A stretch of 51,608 nt of DNA, counting the filler, from Catajapyx aquilonaris (taxonomy: Eukaryota): the NCBI GenBank assembly GCA_000934665.2. It is 2 parts of 2 records of this genome, joined end to end, with 100 filler letters (N's around TTAATTAATTAA, not from the genome) between each part and the next. Parts side by side here need not be neighbours in the genome. Positions count along the whole stretch, not along the records: positions 1 to 25,780 come from KZ539327.1; positions 25,881 to 51,608 come from JYFJ02005311.1. The stretch is one strand, 5' to 3'. Shown piece after piece: positions 14,836 to 28,435 of this stretch (positions are counted from its first letter, which is position 1; every line of letters begins with the position of its first letter). The notes below the pieces were generated by a model. The model searched no databases and was not told where the DNA came from. It was given only the letters and a program-made list of their open reading frames with translations. The translations under genes and the position numbers were made by a program.

Positions 14836-16613
14836 CGTTGCGTTGATATTTCAAAAAGCGGGGCTCATCAGCATACATTATATTATACGGTACGTCTAGA
14901 GCGGATTTCGAGGCTCAGGAGATGGCTCTTTCAGATGAGGAGCGTGAATTGCATAATACTTCAGGGCATGGTCGAAAAGGCACAGGGTGTGGTATATAAA
15001 AAAAAAATATTTCTAGATATTTCGAACAATTTTTCTGGAGGTCACCTTGAATGTGAGCTACCCACATATCGCCCACAAGTGTCTAGTTCCTTAGGGTATG
15101 AACATCCAGTCCTTGACCGGAAATCGTTCTTTATCCTTGAAACTAATTTAGTTATACAGGCAATAAAATATCCGGCGACATGAAGGCAAATCTGGGCTGT
15201 ATTGATGGCTGTCGCGAGCGGCCGTGGGGCATAACATGTCAGGGATTTACGTAATTTGTCCTAACTAATGCGGGTCTGCGGGTGTCACCAGTATGCTCAT
15301 CCAGCTTGTTAAAAATATATCCCATAATTTTCATGCAGGATTTTTAACATCAGGGACCAACTGTTGAATTACAAATTGGTGGCAGGTAGCAAGAATGAGC
15401 CAAACTTTTGCAGGAGCGTTTATGTAAATAGGGCAAAGGGTTTGCTGTCAACGTAGGCATTATTAAGCTGTTTTGCAAAAATAATCTCCTTGCAAGGCCT
15501 GTGGGGAAGGTGCGCAGCAGATTTTCTGCAGCCTTGTGTGCAAAAAAGATTTTTGCAGTGGTGGTAACGGAGACCTCAGGGAAACAAGGAAAAGCAAGCA
15601 TTGCCACAGGATCATAAGAGGTGAGCAGTAAGAAGAAAAAAAAAGAGCCCTGGAAACTGGTATCGGTTAGTCTGGGTCACTAAGACGTTTTGCCGTAATC
15701 TCTTGTTTGGTTTCCTTAGAAGGCAAAATGGCCTTTGCCAAGGATGTCTGCCCCAAGGAATATAAGGAGCAGTTTTTAATGCCCAGGAGATAGTTCTCGA
15801 GTCAGGTCAAAGTCAACAGCACCACTCCTGGATATCGGTGTAATAATATTGACTCTATATGATCAATAAATCTTGCTGTGACTTTCTGGGTCGATAATCG
15901 ATACACTGATTTTTTTTTTCTGGAGCCATTATAAAAATGGACATTAAAAGTAGATTAGCATAGTGTGCGACACTGTAATGATGAATCCGAACATGAGACT
16001 TCCGCCGCCTTTTATGTATTGATTATATTCAATAGCTTCTTTGCATGCAGAACTCATCCAAAACTGGTTCTTTCATATATTTCACAGCCATTGGGTTTTC
16101 ATTTCCTTGCGTGATGTGTTCAGAAAACGATATGGGTGCTTGCATGAGGAATTTTTTTCCCCCCAATTTTTTTATATTTATACTGTATAAACGAACGGTT
16201 CTTCGCAGTTCTGTTAGAAAAAAAAAAGCATTACAGCGCCTTACATAACTCCCAAGCTCTATTTCCGAACCTGTCAATTGTCATCACCCGTCGTTTCCTT
16301 CTGCAAAAGGTCACGTCCCAATTCAAGGGCCGCAGTCCTTGGACTGTTCCTCTGAATCCAATCTGGACTCAAGAGTCAGGAAACAAAAAGATAACATAGT
16401 CGTGCAGAGTTCGTTTCGTGCTGAGGCAACCTCCTCTTGGTATATACCAAACAGGGTGTAGGCCATGTGATTATGATGCACATCAATTGTGAAAGCCGCC
16501 ATCGGTTTAGAAGAGGGCTTCACCCCTTCACGAGATGCAATATGTGGTGGCAGGCGCCTTGTCTCGTTGTGCACGTGTGAATATTCCAACACACGTTACA
16601 CACCACAAAAAAC

Positions 16614-16980
16614 ATACACCTTATATATTTACCTTATTACCTTATATATAACCTTATATACCTTATATAATATAAGGTAATATAGAAGGTAATAAGGTAA
16701 TATAGAAGGTAATAAGGTAATATAGAAGGTAATAAGGTAATATAGAAGGTAATAAGGTAATATATTATATTACCTTATATTACCTTATATTTTATATACA
16801 TATATTATCTTGTTACCTTATATTTTATATACATATATTATCTTGTTACCTTATATATTACCTTATATTTTATATACCTTGTTACCTTATATATTACCTT
16901 ATATTTTATATACCTTATATATTACCTTATATTTTATATACCTTATATATTACCTTATATTTTATATACCTTATAATTAT

Positions 16981-16983
<3 letters not shown>
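16614..16983. repeat. AT-rich minisatellite (TACCTTATAT-type units) with an internally inverted block
   Basis: Repeated TACCTTATA(T/A) units. 16674-16763 is the reverse-complement form, as ~4 tandem copies of the 20-mer AAGGTAATATAGAAGGTAAT. Confidence 0.9.

Positions 16984-17031
<48 letters not shown>
16984..17031. repeat. (AG)n microsatellite, 24 units
   Basis: Directly visible. Confidence 0.97.
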
Positions 17032-17032
<1 letters not shown>

Positions 17033-18739
17033 ATATATCAAGAAATTTCATCCGCAGGCATTGTTGTGTAATTAGACCTACCCCAACAATGTAATCCGAA
17101 TGTACTGTACGGTAACAAGACCGTGAGACCACAAGCTGAGAGCAGTTTATTTTGTGGACTTCACGCTGGATTCTGGTCTTGAGGATCCATCATGGTGTCA
17201 CCACGGGTGGCAATAAGGAGTATGTGTATATGTCTTCCTTTTTTTTGCCGGTAGAGTTTTTGTGGGCGCTGCCTGTCTTCCGGTGTGAGATGGCGGCGAA
17301 CTTCTGAGGGAGAAGCTGTAGCAGATATGCGTTCTTTTGTAGGGAGGAAAAAAAATGATAGTGTTGGTGCATGGCCCTGGGGGTGAAATAACGATAAGGC
17401 TTGCTCACACCGGGTAGGGGCCAATCAGGATTGTGCTTTAGGGGATTCGGGTATTAAACGGCCCTCTCTAGGGAACAATGGAAAATTAAATTAATAGGAG
17501 TCGTTATTTTTAATGCCGACTTCTGGAATGTCCCGGGGTTAATTTATGAGGATACTGCTACAGTAATTGTCACCCTGGATTATTTCAGGAATTGTTTTGT
17601 ACGTGTACGGTCATGTCAAGGTAGTATATATTGAGGAGTGCGTCACGCGTCGATATTTATGGCTATGTATTTTTGGTATGTTGACAATCCTTGACCTGCA
17701 TGGTGGGGGAAGTAATTTCCTGATGTCAAGCAAGATTTCCTAGATTTTGAGTGCTGCCAACTTGAGTTTCCGTAGTTGGCACTACCTACCCGCACAAACG
17801 GAACTGTTTCCAAATGGAATTAATTATCTCTGGAGTCGGGACATATACAGACATCAGAACAGGGAAAGTTAGACCCTATGCTGGGGGGCCAACAAGTTTT
17901 AGGAGAGGGTCTAGTTTGTGTAAGTTAGGAAGCGGCTTGAGGAACTAACTAAGTGAATAGGAAAGATTGGATCCAACTTTTCAGAACTGCGAATATGCCT
18001 GTAGCAACTGTATATACACAAGTTATTAAAATTAATCCGATTTGAGACCTTTGTGTGTGACGACAATATTTTTCTTCTGAGAAACTTTAACCGGAAATTG
18101 ATTTTTTTTTTAAATCGTGGGAAGCCGCCCATTGTCATTTACTTTCTTACTACAATATACAGTTATAATGAGCTTAGCATATAAGGGGATTAAAATCTAC
18201 ACAAAAGCTGGTTAGAAATTGTTGGCTCTAACGACCTTTCCTGCTACATATTGACAGATGCATAAGAAATAACCTTTCGCACCCTACCAATTAGCTTTGT
18301 AACGAATAATTAGTCACTAGTGATATATAAGTGATGAGAAAAGAATTTTTACAAGGTTTTGCCGCCGAAAGGTCAAAGGGTGTGTTTGCACGCAAATATT
18401 ACAGTCGTGATCCTAGAAAGTGGGTGCCGGGGGGGGAGGGGGGGGGGTGACATAAGGCCAAGGTAGGAGTAACTTTGCAATGTATATATCCGGCTGAAGA
18501 ATGCGGGTGTTTGAGAGGACCACTAAGCGTAGCCAGGAATTTGGTGCGGTGCCCACCTTGATGATTCGGTGTTTAGCAGAGCTTGATGCAACGGTGTCGA
18601 AACACTTACCATGTAGTGCATGTCCCTTTCAAGAGGATTTTTGCGTGAGGATAGGATCGTGTCGGGGGCGTACTTCGAAGCTTTTGGTTGTAATCTTGGG
18701 ACTCACGCCGAAATTTTTTGGTTGGGAAGAACTTGGTGT

Positions 18740-18830
18740 GAGAAGCTGCATCTTTGAAGGCTCTCAGTTCCACAGTGCAATTACCTCTTGGAAAGAGTTC
18801 AGGGTTCAGACGCTTTCAATTATTGAGATA
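18740..18830 (-). mobile_element. Highly eroded CR1/L2-type LINE ORF2 C-terminal relic
   Basis: The minus strand reads NSF/FPR-VIALWN*.P with a frameshift, resembling the NSFFPR.I.LWN.LP motif at the end of CR1/L2 ORF2. Confidence 0.3.
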
Positions 18831-21800
18831 ATGCGAGACGGAAGATTCGGGATGCGGTTTGGGGCGGGGGTAATAGGTTTCGGCAGTACCAGTACCGGTA
18901 CAGGTTCTTAAAAGTCGTGAGGGGGGGTTACAGGGTGGTCGGGCTGAATTGATATTTTATTGCTTCCAATATTAAAGTTGGATGTGGGGAATGGCATGGT
19001 ATTCGAGGTCAGGGTTTAAGACCTCTACTTTTTTTTTCCAGGTCGGCAATGTCCGTAGTTAGAACACAATGTAACCTGCTGCAAGAAGTAGTGTTGCTAT
19101 AAAAGGACAGCTGGTAGCAGAAAGTAGTGCACATCCGACTCTCCATTCAAATGTGCATGCTGTACACGGCATCCTAGACCTACTTTTAATTTTGCACCTT
19201 ATAAGTCCCAGTCCCATTGAAGAAAGAAAAAAAATTCTAGGTCAACCTTAGAGAGGGGGGGGGGGGNGGGGTGGAAATTCCAGATAATTCACGAGTGGCT
19301 TTACGCAACTTGTTACAACAATGTGATGAACCTTGCACAAGTAAAACTGGACCTTGCTGTAATATACGATCGACATGTGTAGGCTATGAAACCGGAGATG
19401 GATGTAATGTTTTGCACAATTTGTTTTCGAAGCAAACACGATTTTCTGGAACGGGCGTGCGTATACACACACACGACCTGCCCTGGGAGAAAATTTGCGT
19501 GCCAAGTGTCCCATAGCCCCAGGGTGTTAAGCCAGTTCTTTGTGGTAACCATGGCCGGTCTCATCCTGTGACGCTTGATTTATTTCGAACCTAGAGCATA
19601 TGGGCAAGATCCGGGTACGTTCACTTCTGATACCATATGTTGCGTCACGATTAAAAATAGTTTGGGTATCGATAAACAAAATATTGCTTAAAATTATTAT
19701 TTTTTTTTTCAAGAATGAGGTCCCCCTTTCATATTGAAAGCAGATGGTCCGGGCAGGTGACAAATGTGGTGGAAAGTCATTTGGTCGTGCAGAATGGATG
19801 AGTGGAAAGGGAAGGGCGCGAACCTGCTGGGAAGTGGAGGAATGAGCTAGGGACCATGTGAATTTGGTGCCTGAAGGGCCACCTTTTTTAAAGGGTCAAG
19901 AACAATGCCGCCAACTGAGGTCGTGGTAACAACAAAAAGAAGAAGCTTAGTGGCAAAGAGATCTGCGGACATTGCCCTGATCCTGCCCCAAGTGAGGGGA
20001 AAGTGAGTTGTGACTACAGCCATCTTTTTGGTGAACTGGTCAGACCACGAGGTATAGGAAGTGCCACCAATTCCGCATGTGTACGAGTTTTCTCCTTGTC
20101 TTTTGTATTTGTGGCTGGGGCACAGTCATAAAATAAGCGGTGTGTGGTATAGCAGGTTTGGCTATTATATAGCATTACATATGAGTTAACCTTCTTACAT
20201 AATTAGCAATCGACTGTTGAGGTCAGGTTGGGGGTCGACCGACCTCCTGACTTACTTCCTCCAAATCTCATTTGATGGGCCGCGGTCTTTTTTTTTCTCA
20301 AGATTTTGTCGTGGTAGTATGGACTCTGGGACACTCTCATGTCGTTTGGAGGGTCCATTTGGATAGGAAGAGACGATAAATGGCGGAAGTGGAAGTCCAA
20401 ATGAGGTCACGGCCTTTCCTTCTTGTTAAAGCCTCTTCTTGCGGAAGCCCCCTGTAAATCAGGACTGGCCTTAATTTTAACTATATGCACGATACTGATT
20501 TTTTGACGTCAAGATTTCACCTCTATAATTTTGCAATATATTCTCACACTACATGTCCAATTAGGATTCTAATTTATCACCGGGGTAAATCAGATTCACC
20601 CGCCTCTTTCAGGTCGACACAAAACCATGGGGAGGGAAATACATATGTCTCACACACTGGATTTCACAGCCATAATATGGTTAAGTAATTGCCACTCGGA
20701 AGCGGCTAGTAATTTCTGGACGTCTTCGCTAATTGATGAATGTGTTGTTTGCACGCACTTGCAGTTTGTGACATGAATAGGTGTGATTACAGGGTGTTTC
20801 TATATTTTTTTGGGTAAGAGTTCGCGAGGGGATAGGTCGATGGACTTTGACCAGAAGTCCATCCCTTTGCGGATGGACAGGTTTCTGGTGAAAGCGGGGT
20901 AGAGTTGCGACTATTGGTTCAGAGCCAAAATGGCCAAGTGTGGGTAAACAATTGTTGTTCTTCAAGTGCTAACCGGTGTGAATAGCACTTGAGAACGGTG
21001 GTTTCTTTCCTTAATAATGTAGGACCCTAGCTAGTTTTATGTTGGGACTGACAGGATGAGTGAACGCCCCGCTGTGAGATGCGCTTATCGCTAAACGAGT
21101 GAGACGTATAGGTTTCATAACTCGTAGGAAGGTCATCTACATTGATGACTGATCATGCAGGTATTTGTATGATGTGCTATACATCTGCCCTATTATGTAT
21201 AGCACAAAAGCTTTTTGTGTGTTCTGTCGCTATAGAGACAAAATATCAGTTTATAGCAGTCCCATATGGCCGCATATCAACCGCAATTGAATTTCAGAAT
21301 TACAACCACATTCGTGACCTATAGCAAAAGCCTATCGACTGGCAGGTAGCCCAATGCAAAACAACTGGAACACTTAGGCCTTTAGGGGTGAGGTTAAAAA
21401 CCCGCAATATCGAAGGTCAGATCTGTCAATCCCTTCTGAATTTGGATTGGATCGAATAAGAGCAGCGAAAGTGCTTTTTTTATACATAGCACGAGTGGAC
21501 CTTGCCAATGACGGCGATTATTGGGGATTGAAAAAAAAAGGTGGGGCTATTGAGAGTAGTTCGTGCATGGAATTTATTAATTAGAGAGTGCTAGGTACAC
21601 AATTTTAAAAACTAGCGGGGGAGCAAGGGGCGTGAAATATTAGTTGCCATGTGCAAATCACGACTTTTTAAAGCGATAACCAATTGGATCTAACCTTTTA
21701 TCGATATTTATCGACTTGGTATTATGGAGCGATCTGGCGATAATGAACCAGAGCAGAGATAGAAATCATATTTACCTATAGGTCAGCATGTTGATGTTTA

Positions 21801-24364
21801 CCTATAGGGCTCCATGCTAGGTCAGCACTGTAAAAAAAAAAAAAAAAATGTCGCACGCGACAGTTGCAAAGTCCGTTGGAGCGTGTAGCGAATTTTTGCA
21901 ACTCGACATCTAAAGCCTTGCTGATCGATGCTAAAAAAATTTAGCTGGAGGGCATGGCTAGTTATAGTTTGTTTGCAACTCGCGGCCATTGTTTGGCTTG
22001 AAGTCCATGTGAATCAGTACGGCTTGATGTGTAATTGTTGATGCAATTAGCGGAGTGAGACGAGAGTTATTGTGCTGTAAAAAGGGACGGATCTCGCACG
22101 GATACCACGTGTAGACCCCGTATATAATGAATTAATTCCCGTTTCGACGTCCTCAAAATTGTTATCGTTCGTCCGCCAAAACGGTGCAAAGGACGGCCCA
22201 AGACGCAACCGTTATCGTACGTTAAAAAAAATTGCGACTTCCCATGTCCAATTTCCGCGGAATTGAAAGGTGGGAAATGAAATTTTTTTTGTATCGTGAA
22301 AAATATTTTTCAGGCTGATAGATTATATATGCGCATTGTCGATGTGAGTTGGGGAGGGTTTCCAAACTGTGAGAATTGGCGTGCAAGTTTGATGTGCAAA
22401 TCGTTACGTAAGTTTTTTTTTCTCCAGAGTGCGAGTGGTGGGAAATTCTGTGTTGCTTGGACAAAGCGTGTTATCATGGTGCTTGTTTTGAATGGAAATG
22501 GGCTAATGTGTTGGTGGGTTTAACATTTGTGAAGAGTTTGCGTTCACAAAGACAAAAGTGCCAAAGAGGTCAGTTTTTCGTGATGAGAAATGGTTACATC
22601 ACACGGTGTTTTTCTGGCGGGAAAATTATGGAATTTGCATAAATATATTGAATGGATTTTGATATGCACCTCATAATTTTTATTTTGCAACGGTAACTTG
22701 CAATTTGAGGTTGTCCTCATCTCTCGAAACAACAGTATACAGAAGCAAATAGTTTTACATGCAATTTAATAACCAGGCCATGACTGTGCATCTACCCGCA
22801 GGGTTATTATTCCTAACGTCATTAAATGGTCGCTGGACTGTATTCTCTCTTGCATAACGTGTAGATAATGCATGGCCAGCCCGAATAATACCCGGGCTCA
22901 AGTCCAGTTGCAATGACCGCAGACTGGCCAAGCGATTATTCAAGTGTGTTTGCGAATAAATCCGCTACGTGCCAATCGGTACGAAACGTGAGAACGCAAC
23001 TGACATACCGGTACTGTAAAAAAAAATTGTGGGAAGATGGGGTGTGGTACAGTGTTGAAAATTCGTATATGACATTTTTTTTTGTTTGAGTGACAGTGAA
23101 ATGCACTAGTAATTCGTTACACGTGGGCTGTCAGGTACAGTTAAGTCCGGATGCCAAAACAACTAGATCTCACGTCCGGAACTGGTCCAACTCTGCCAAG
23201 ATGCTAATAAGGTTTATGATGAGTTTATGAAAGGGGGGTTGGAATGGGGTTGTACGGAGGGGGTAGAAACCACCAAAGGTCGTCGGCGAATATTGCAAGA
23301 GGAGCAGCAATTAGAGCTCCTCCACACTGTCAGGCCTGATTGCACATGGGAAGAGTAATTCGTTTGGGCAACACCTCCGTACCTTATTAAGTCTGTACTC
23401 TCGCTTGTATTTGGTTCAGAGTATAGCGTTTGACACCCTCAACCAGTACTTAATTTAAAATTTTTTTTGTGTAATTATGGTCGAATCTATCCTTCTTTAA
23501 AGTCCTTTTCGGATGCTGATGCCTGTTGAAATCCGGCTGGCCTTTGAAGGTCACCTTGTTACATCTTGGCTGATAGTTGCGAAGGTCATCCGGTGCACCA
23601 CCTGGTGGTAAAATTAATTGACGGATTTTTCGCGATTTTTTTTTTCAGGAACATATGGAGGAATGATTATTATTTTTGGAAGCAAACAAGACATGACGCT
23701 GCGGGATGTCTCCAGAGAGTTTATTCCAGGCATGGAACTATTTCAACTCGATTTTCACCTTCGGATTTTTTATTTTTTTTGACGACCTGCTGCGACAGAG
23801 AAAATGACAGGCCCCGAAGGCATCGTCGTACCTATAAAAAAAAAGCGAGCGGAACCAAATGCTTCGAAGGGCACCCAGTTAAATAATCATCTGTAAATCG
23901 ATTTCTATACAAGACTTTGCACAAGTTTAATCTTAGCTGCAGAACCCTGCGAAAGAGCCAATAACAGTCGGGTAGGATTTACAGACACTATTTTTCTTTC
24001 CCCCCCACTTGAAACCGAACCCAAAAAAGAAACTGGATCCGATTTTATTCAATCTGATTGGTTGGGTCTAAAATCGATTACAACTTTTTTTTTTTTTGTT
24101 TTTTTTTTTTTTTGCAAAAGCTCACCAAATGAGTTTTTCTTTTCGTAAAATCCTGTGTATTTTGTCTTTAAGGACACCGGATAAGCAATTTACTAACCTT
24201 GCCAGTTAAGTGCTGAATCTAGAACGAGACAATAACCGAAGCAAACAGCCCTCTAGTTTATCTTGGTTGGATACAGCTCATATTTCATGCTGGCCTCTAG
24301 AGATGATAACACTGTGCATTGTATGAGTTTCCCCCAGCTTTAATAATAGAGGGGGGGGGGGGGA

Positions 24365-24470
24365 NNNNNNNNNNNNNNNNNNNNNNNNNNNNNNNNNNNN
24401 NNNNNNNNNNNNNNNNNNNNNNNNNNNNNNNNNNNNNNNNNNNNNNNNNNNNNNNNNNNNNNNNNNNNNN
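24365..24470. other. Assembly gap (106 N) between poly-G and poly-A runs
   Basis: N run flanked by homopolymers. Confidence 0.99.
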
Positions 24471-25780
24471 AAAAAAAAAAAAAAAAAAGACGGGTGAAAA
24501 AACTCTTGCGTGTTCCAAGGACAGCTATAGAGATAGAGATGGTCAAAAATAATGGTGTGTAATTTGAAGAGCGGATTATCTGCTCCTGAATGGTGTACCA
24601 ACCCTGATGGTCATTAGCTGAGGCCCTTTTTACCTCATTCAGATCACTGTCCACCCACTCTTGATCCTTGTATTTCGATACACGCACTGTAATGCAATCT
24701 TTGAAGGTTTTGCAAAAAGGCCACTTTCTGATTTACCATCGGCTGGGAAATTCCAAGAAGGCCCCCTCTAGGGCTTTTCAAGAAACACGATGGGGAAGTT
24801 TTCTAAGGGAAGAAAAATTCTGTTCGGGCGGAATTTTCAAGCCTGAAGCTATACTATGCGCCATGTCGCCAAAAGTTCGAGGGGTTTGCAAAAAAAAAAA
24901 AAAAAAGAAGTGAAAGCAGGTACATCATTTGCGGATTGATCTTGTGAGAGAAAGTCTTCCGGGGCATATCTTACCGACCTTGCACATTTTTTTGGCGATG
25001 TTGCTGAAATTTTTTTGGGAGTAAATTCGGGAAAATGTATCGGCATATATTTTTCTGGAGATTTTTATTGTGGTGAAAACCGACAGGTCACAGCCATGAC
25101 TTTTGGACTCTCAGGGGGGGTCAACCTTACTTTCTCTTCAAACTTGATTTTTTTTTTTTTTTTAAAGAATCCGTTTCGGTCGATGGCCACATATTTACCT
25201 GGGGTATACACACACGATTCACTCGGTTATTATAATAAACCGGGTTGGTTATTACAAACCGTTTCGTAAGAGGGCTTTCACATATACAGGTAAATCGGCA
25301 ATATAACGCATGACTACCGCATAATGTGTAATAAAATCAGAAACTAGCTGTTGACCAGGCCAAACAACCTTCCTTGTACGGCAAAAGTGAAAATACGTAT
25401 GTCCAGCAATGCATTTTTGCGATGTTATTATCATCAAAATGTTTGGGATTATGCAATATACTGTGGGGATGGCACAGATGCAAAGGTCGATTGTTGGCCT
25501 GTATAAGAATAAGATTTTTTTTTCGTTGGATTTCGTCATGCGTTGCCAATGACGCAAATTACAGTCTGGTAGGCATAATTTCGCATGCTAATATTTTTTT
25601 AAAAAAGAGGTGTGGAAATTGGCCTTGCATTGCGGCTCATTATTTGAGTAAATGGTGCTGACCGAAATGTTAGTTGTCAACAAGGTGCAACGATTTCCGG
25701 ATCACACCAGGCTACATATCGCTCCGGTATGTAGAGATAATGTTGAAGTGTACACACTTGAGATTGGGGGGGGGGGGGGG

Positions 25781-25880
25781 NNNNNNNNNNNNNNNNNNNN
25801 NNNNNNNNNNNNNNNNNNNNNNNNTTAATTAATTAANNNNNNNNNNNNNNNNNNNNNNNNNNNNNNNNNNNNNNNNNNNN
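25781..25880. other. Artificial 100-bp scaffold linker: 44 N + TTAATTAATTAA + 44 N
   Basis: Perfectly symmetric construction. TTAATTAATTAA (25825-25836) places stop codons in all six frames. Confidence 0.95.
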
Positions 25881-25975
25881 ATGTAAATTCTTGTTCTTGA
25901 TTAGCCTTTGAATAATTGTGGATGATGAGATACATTGGCGCGGGGCCTTTATGGTCGGGTCGCCGTAACTCTGAC
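25881..25975 (+). mobile_element. 3' end of an R1-clade non-LTR retrotransposon (second copy, cut by the gap)
   Basis: Identical to 29744-29838, the 3' end of the TSD-flanked LINE. Followed by ACAG, as in the other copy. Confidence 0.85.
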
Positions 25976-26049
25976 ACAGAGGAAGCATTTAAGTGGGATT
26001 TCATTATCTTTTTAATTACACTCGATGGCGAAGTGCTTTATGCTCTGTT

Positions 26050-26600
26050 GCCGGTCCCAGGCAGAGCGGCTCAAGGACCTCTTCGCCCGACTGGACCCCT
26101 TCGACAAGCAGGCCGTCGTGTATAGGGCCAGGAAGAGTGGCACCCAGGAGGCCGTGGCAGAGGTGGAGCCTAGTCCTTCCAGCACGGGGGGGAGGTTCTT
26201 CGCCAGGCGGAAGAGCAGAAGCAGCTTCTCGACTGCCGAGCTGGTAAAAAAGTAAGCGAGATTCATTTAGGTGACTACCGCACCCAGTGCAGGACTCACC
26301 ATCTGTATGCTTGCTTCCCCCTGCAGAAGCTTCACGTCAGGCAGGCTGTCCGCGGTTGACCCGGCGTGCAGCAGAATCGTGGAGGCGGTGGTGTGCCTGC
26401 TCTGCAGGCGCCACCACAACGACTCGCGGCGCCAGGGGCAATGGCAGTCGAGGTGGGCCAAGGTTGCGAAGGACTATGAGAGCCTGCGGGACAGAGTCCT
26501 GGACTGCGCTGACCTGAGGGGTTCGGGCATTGCACTACCAATGGTTAACGTGGTGACCATTGGTAACTGGTTCCGGAGACGGCAGCGGACCATGGAGACG
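26050..26600 (+). pseudogene. Fragment of DUF6729-type transposase (post-catalytic region) with a retained intron at 26252-26326
   Basis: SQAERLKDLFARLDPFDKQAVVY...RFFARRKS..FSTAELVK|K-SFTSGRLSAVDPACSRIVEAVVCLLCRRH...LPMVNVVTIGNWFRRRQR. Removing the GTAAGC...CCCCTGCAG intron joins the frames. Paralogous to 32170-32720. Confidence 0.75.
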
Positions 26601-26611
26601 GATGCAAGGAC

Positions 26612-26690
26612 GAGAAACCGTAGAACTGCGGAGTGCGACAAGGCATTTATGAGTCTATACTATTTGAAACACGACCAGAAAAAGTGTCAT
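26612..26690 (+). pseudogene. Degenerate C2H2 zinc-finger fragment
   Basis: EKP*NC-ECDKAFMSLYYLKHDQKKCH (with a frameshift), similar to the EKPY.C..C.KAF...L..H...H consensus. Confidence 0.5.
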
Positions 26691-27879
26691 CAACCTTAAT
26701 CAGACCCAGAGGGTAAGAAATTTAGCGTTTCCGGTTTATCTGTATTTGATACAATTTAGCAAATATGCCAAAATCAGAAAAGGAACAAAGCCAAGGGTGC
26801 GTGCATTGCGAGAATGTGTCTCAACATATCCAGCTGCTCATGCCAAGAAGGGGCTCTGGTACAACCCGTTGTGTCGAGACAAGAATCGCTTTACCTGCTG
26901 GATTTACAGCCTAATTCAGTGTAAGAATAACGTACCCGAAACATGGTCTATTTCTTCCTGGCTATGTATTGATGCAAGGTAACTTGTACTGTTCATCTTG
27001 ATAATTAGTACAAGTAACGATTCTGGTGGTTTGCATTCACCTGTATTGCAGCTGAATATAATGTAATTTAATTTTAATTTTTGAATTAATCGTATTCAAA
27101 TTGTTTCGTCAACTCACAAGCTAGCTGTAAATATAATTTGGTTTATGACATTGGGAGATACATTATCTGAAATGATTGATAGAGTGAGAATGATAATTAT
27201 TATTCTGGCATTTGATGACTTCATTTTCTATAACTCAACACATGTGAATACAGTACTTAAACATTCCGAAGGCAATGTTAATATTATTCAAAGATGGGTG
27301 ATCCCCCACTGTAAGCTTTCCAGTAATAGTCCCACATTTTCCTAAATCATCAGATTATAAACATTCAATGAAATGTGCAAAAATACACCAATAGTGAAGT
27401 GTTTTATCATTGCGACCGCGTCTCGAGCGCGACTGGCAGCTAATGATGTGCTCTGCATTTCTTAGACGTCACCCGTTTTTAACTGAATTCGCAGAAGTCA
27501 TGCGAATTCGTCTTTTTGTTGCAATTGTAGCTTAATTACGAGCTCAAGAAGGTCTCGGTCATCACATAATATAGGACGAAAACTTGCCTGAGCTACAAAA
27601 TTAATATTCAAATTACAACGCAATGTCTCTCCTCTTGATCTGCTGCACTGTGAAGACCCAAACTGACCAGGTTATTCGTCACGATTCCCCCTTCGGCAAG
27701 TGTTTCCTGATTTCATTTTATTTGTTAAATTTTTTTTTTGCGAATGTTAGTAATAAGCATGTATGCCTTTGGGGTGAAGTAACCAGAAAGAGTAAAAAGC
27801 CAAGTACTTCAATGAGGGTACATGAACCAGCCCATTTCTAACAACAGATTTAATAACTGTGTACTTCAACACTGAGTAC

Positions 27880-28435
27880 CTTATCATGGACTTCGAGGTT
27901 TTGCAACAGCCAACTGCCCAACCCATCCTCACTGTTCCCCTTCCTCAGGTTCCTCCGGCCATCTTCGTGCCGAGGACGACCATGTGCATGAGGAATTAAA
28001 AACAGAAAAGAACCATGGAGGCAGCTAGTTCCCAGGATCCATCTGGAGGGGTCACCTTGGCCCCTACAGAATCAGAGCGCATCCTGAACCAGAGGACATA
28101 CATGTGTGGAAAGTGCAACCTGCCGACCAACCAGGAGACCGGCCATACGGAACAAGGCGGGAAAGAGGCACTGCCCCAACGAGCCTGACGTGCCACTCTT
28201 CAACGACTGGAAGAAGCAAATGGATGAAGGGAGCTGAACTGCAGCATCATGCTTCTCCTCCTGCAATGACAGTGTACGTCCTGAGGCAAGCGGTATGGGA
28301 CATCATCTGGAGGGAGCAACAGCAGCACGTCACTTGACTCCAGGACCCAGTGGGGGTCAGCCTGTACAAACGCCTCGGGACAGAAAACAAAGGCAGTGCC
28401 CGGAGCCCTGTCTCACTCCCTGTGTTCAGGTGTGG
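27880..28435 (+). pseudogene. Degenerate DUF6729-element C-terminal zinc-finger module fused to an upstream core piece
   Basis: QQPTAQPIL...VPRTTM...NQRTYMCGKCNLPTNQETGH, then a jump to LRQAVWDI(I)WREQQQHVT.LQDPVGVSLYK. Paralogous to 35685-36130. Confidence 0.75.

Noticed and set aside
16810..17094. Repetitive ORF (LPYILY..., RERERE)
   Set aside because: Translation of the minisatellite and the (AG)n tract.
20729..20965. Minus-strand ORF with EPIVATL superficially like FAM43 exon 2
   Set aside because: Wrong strand and no extended similarity.
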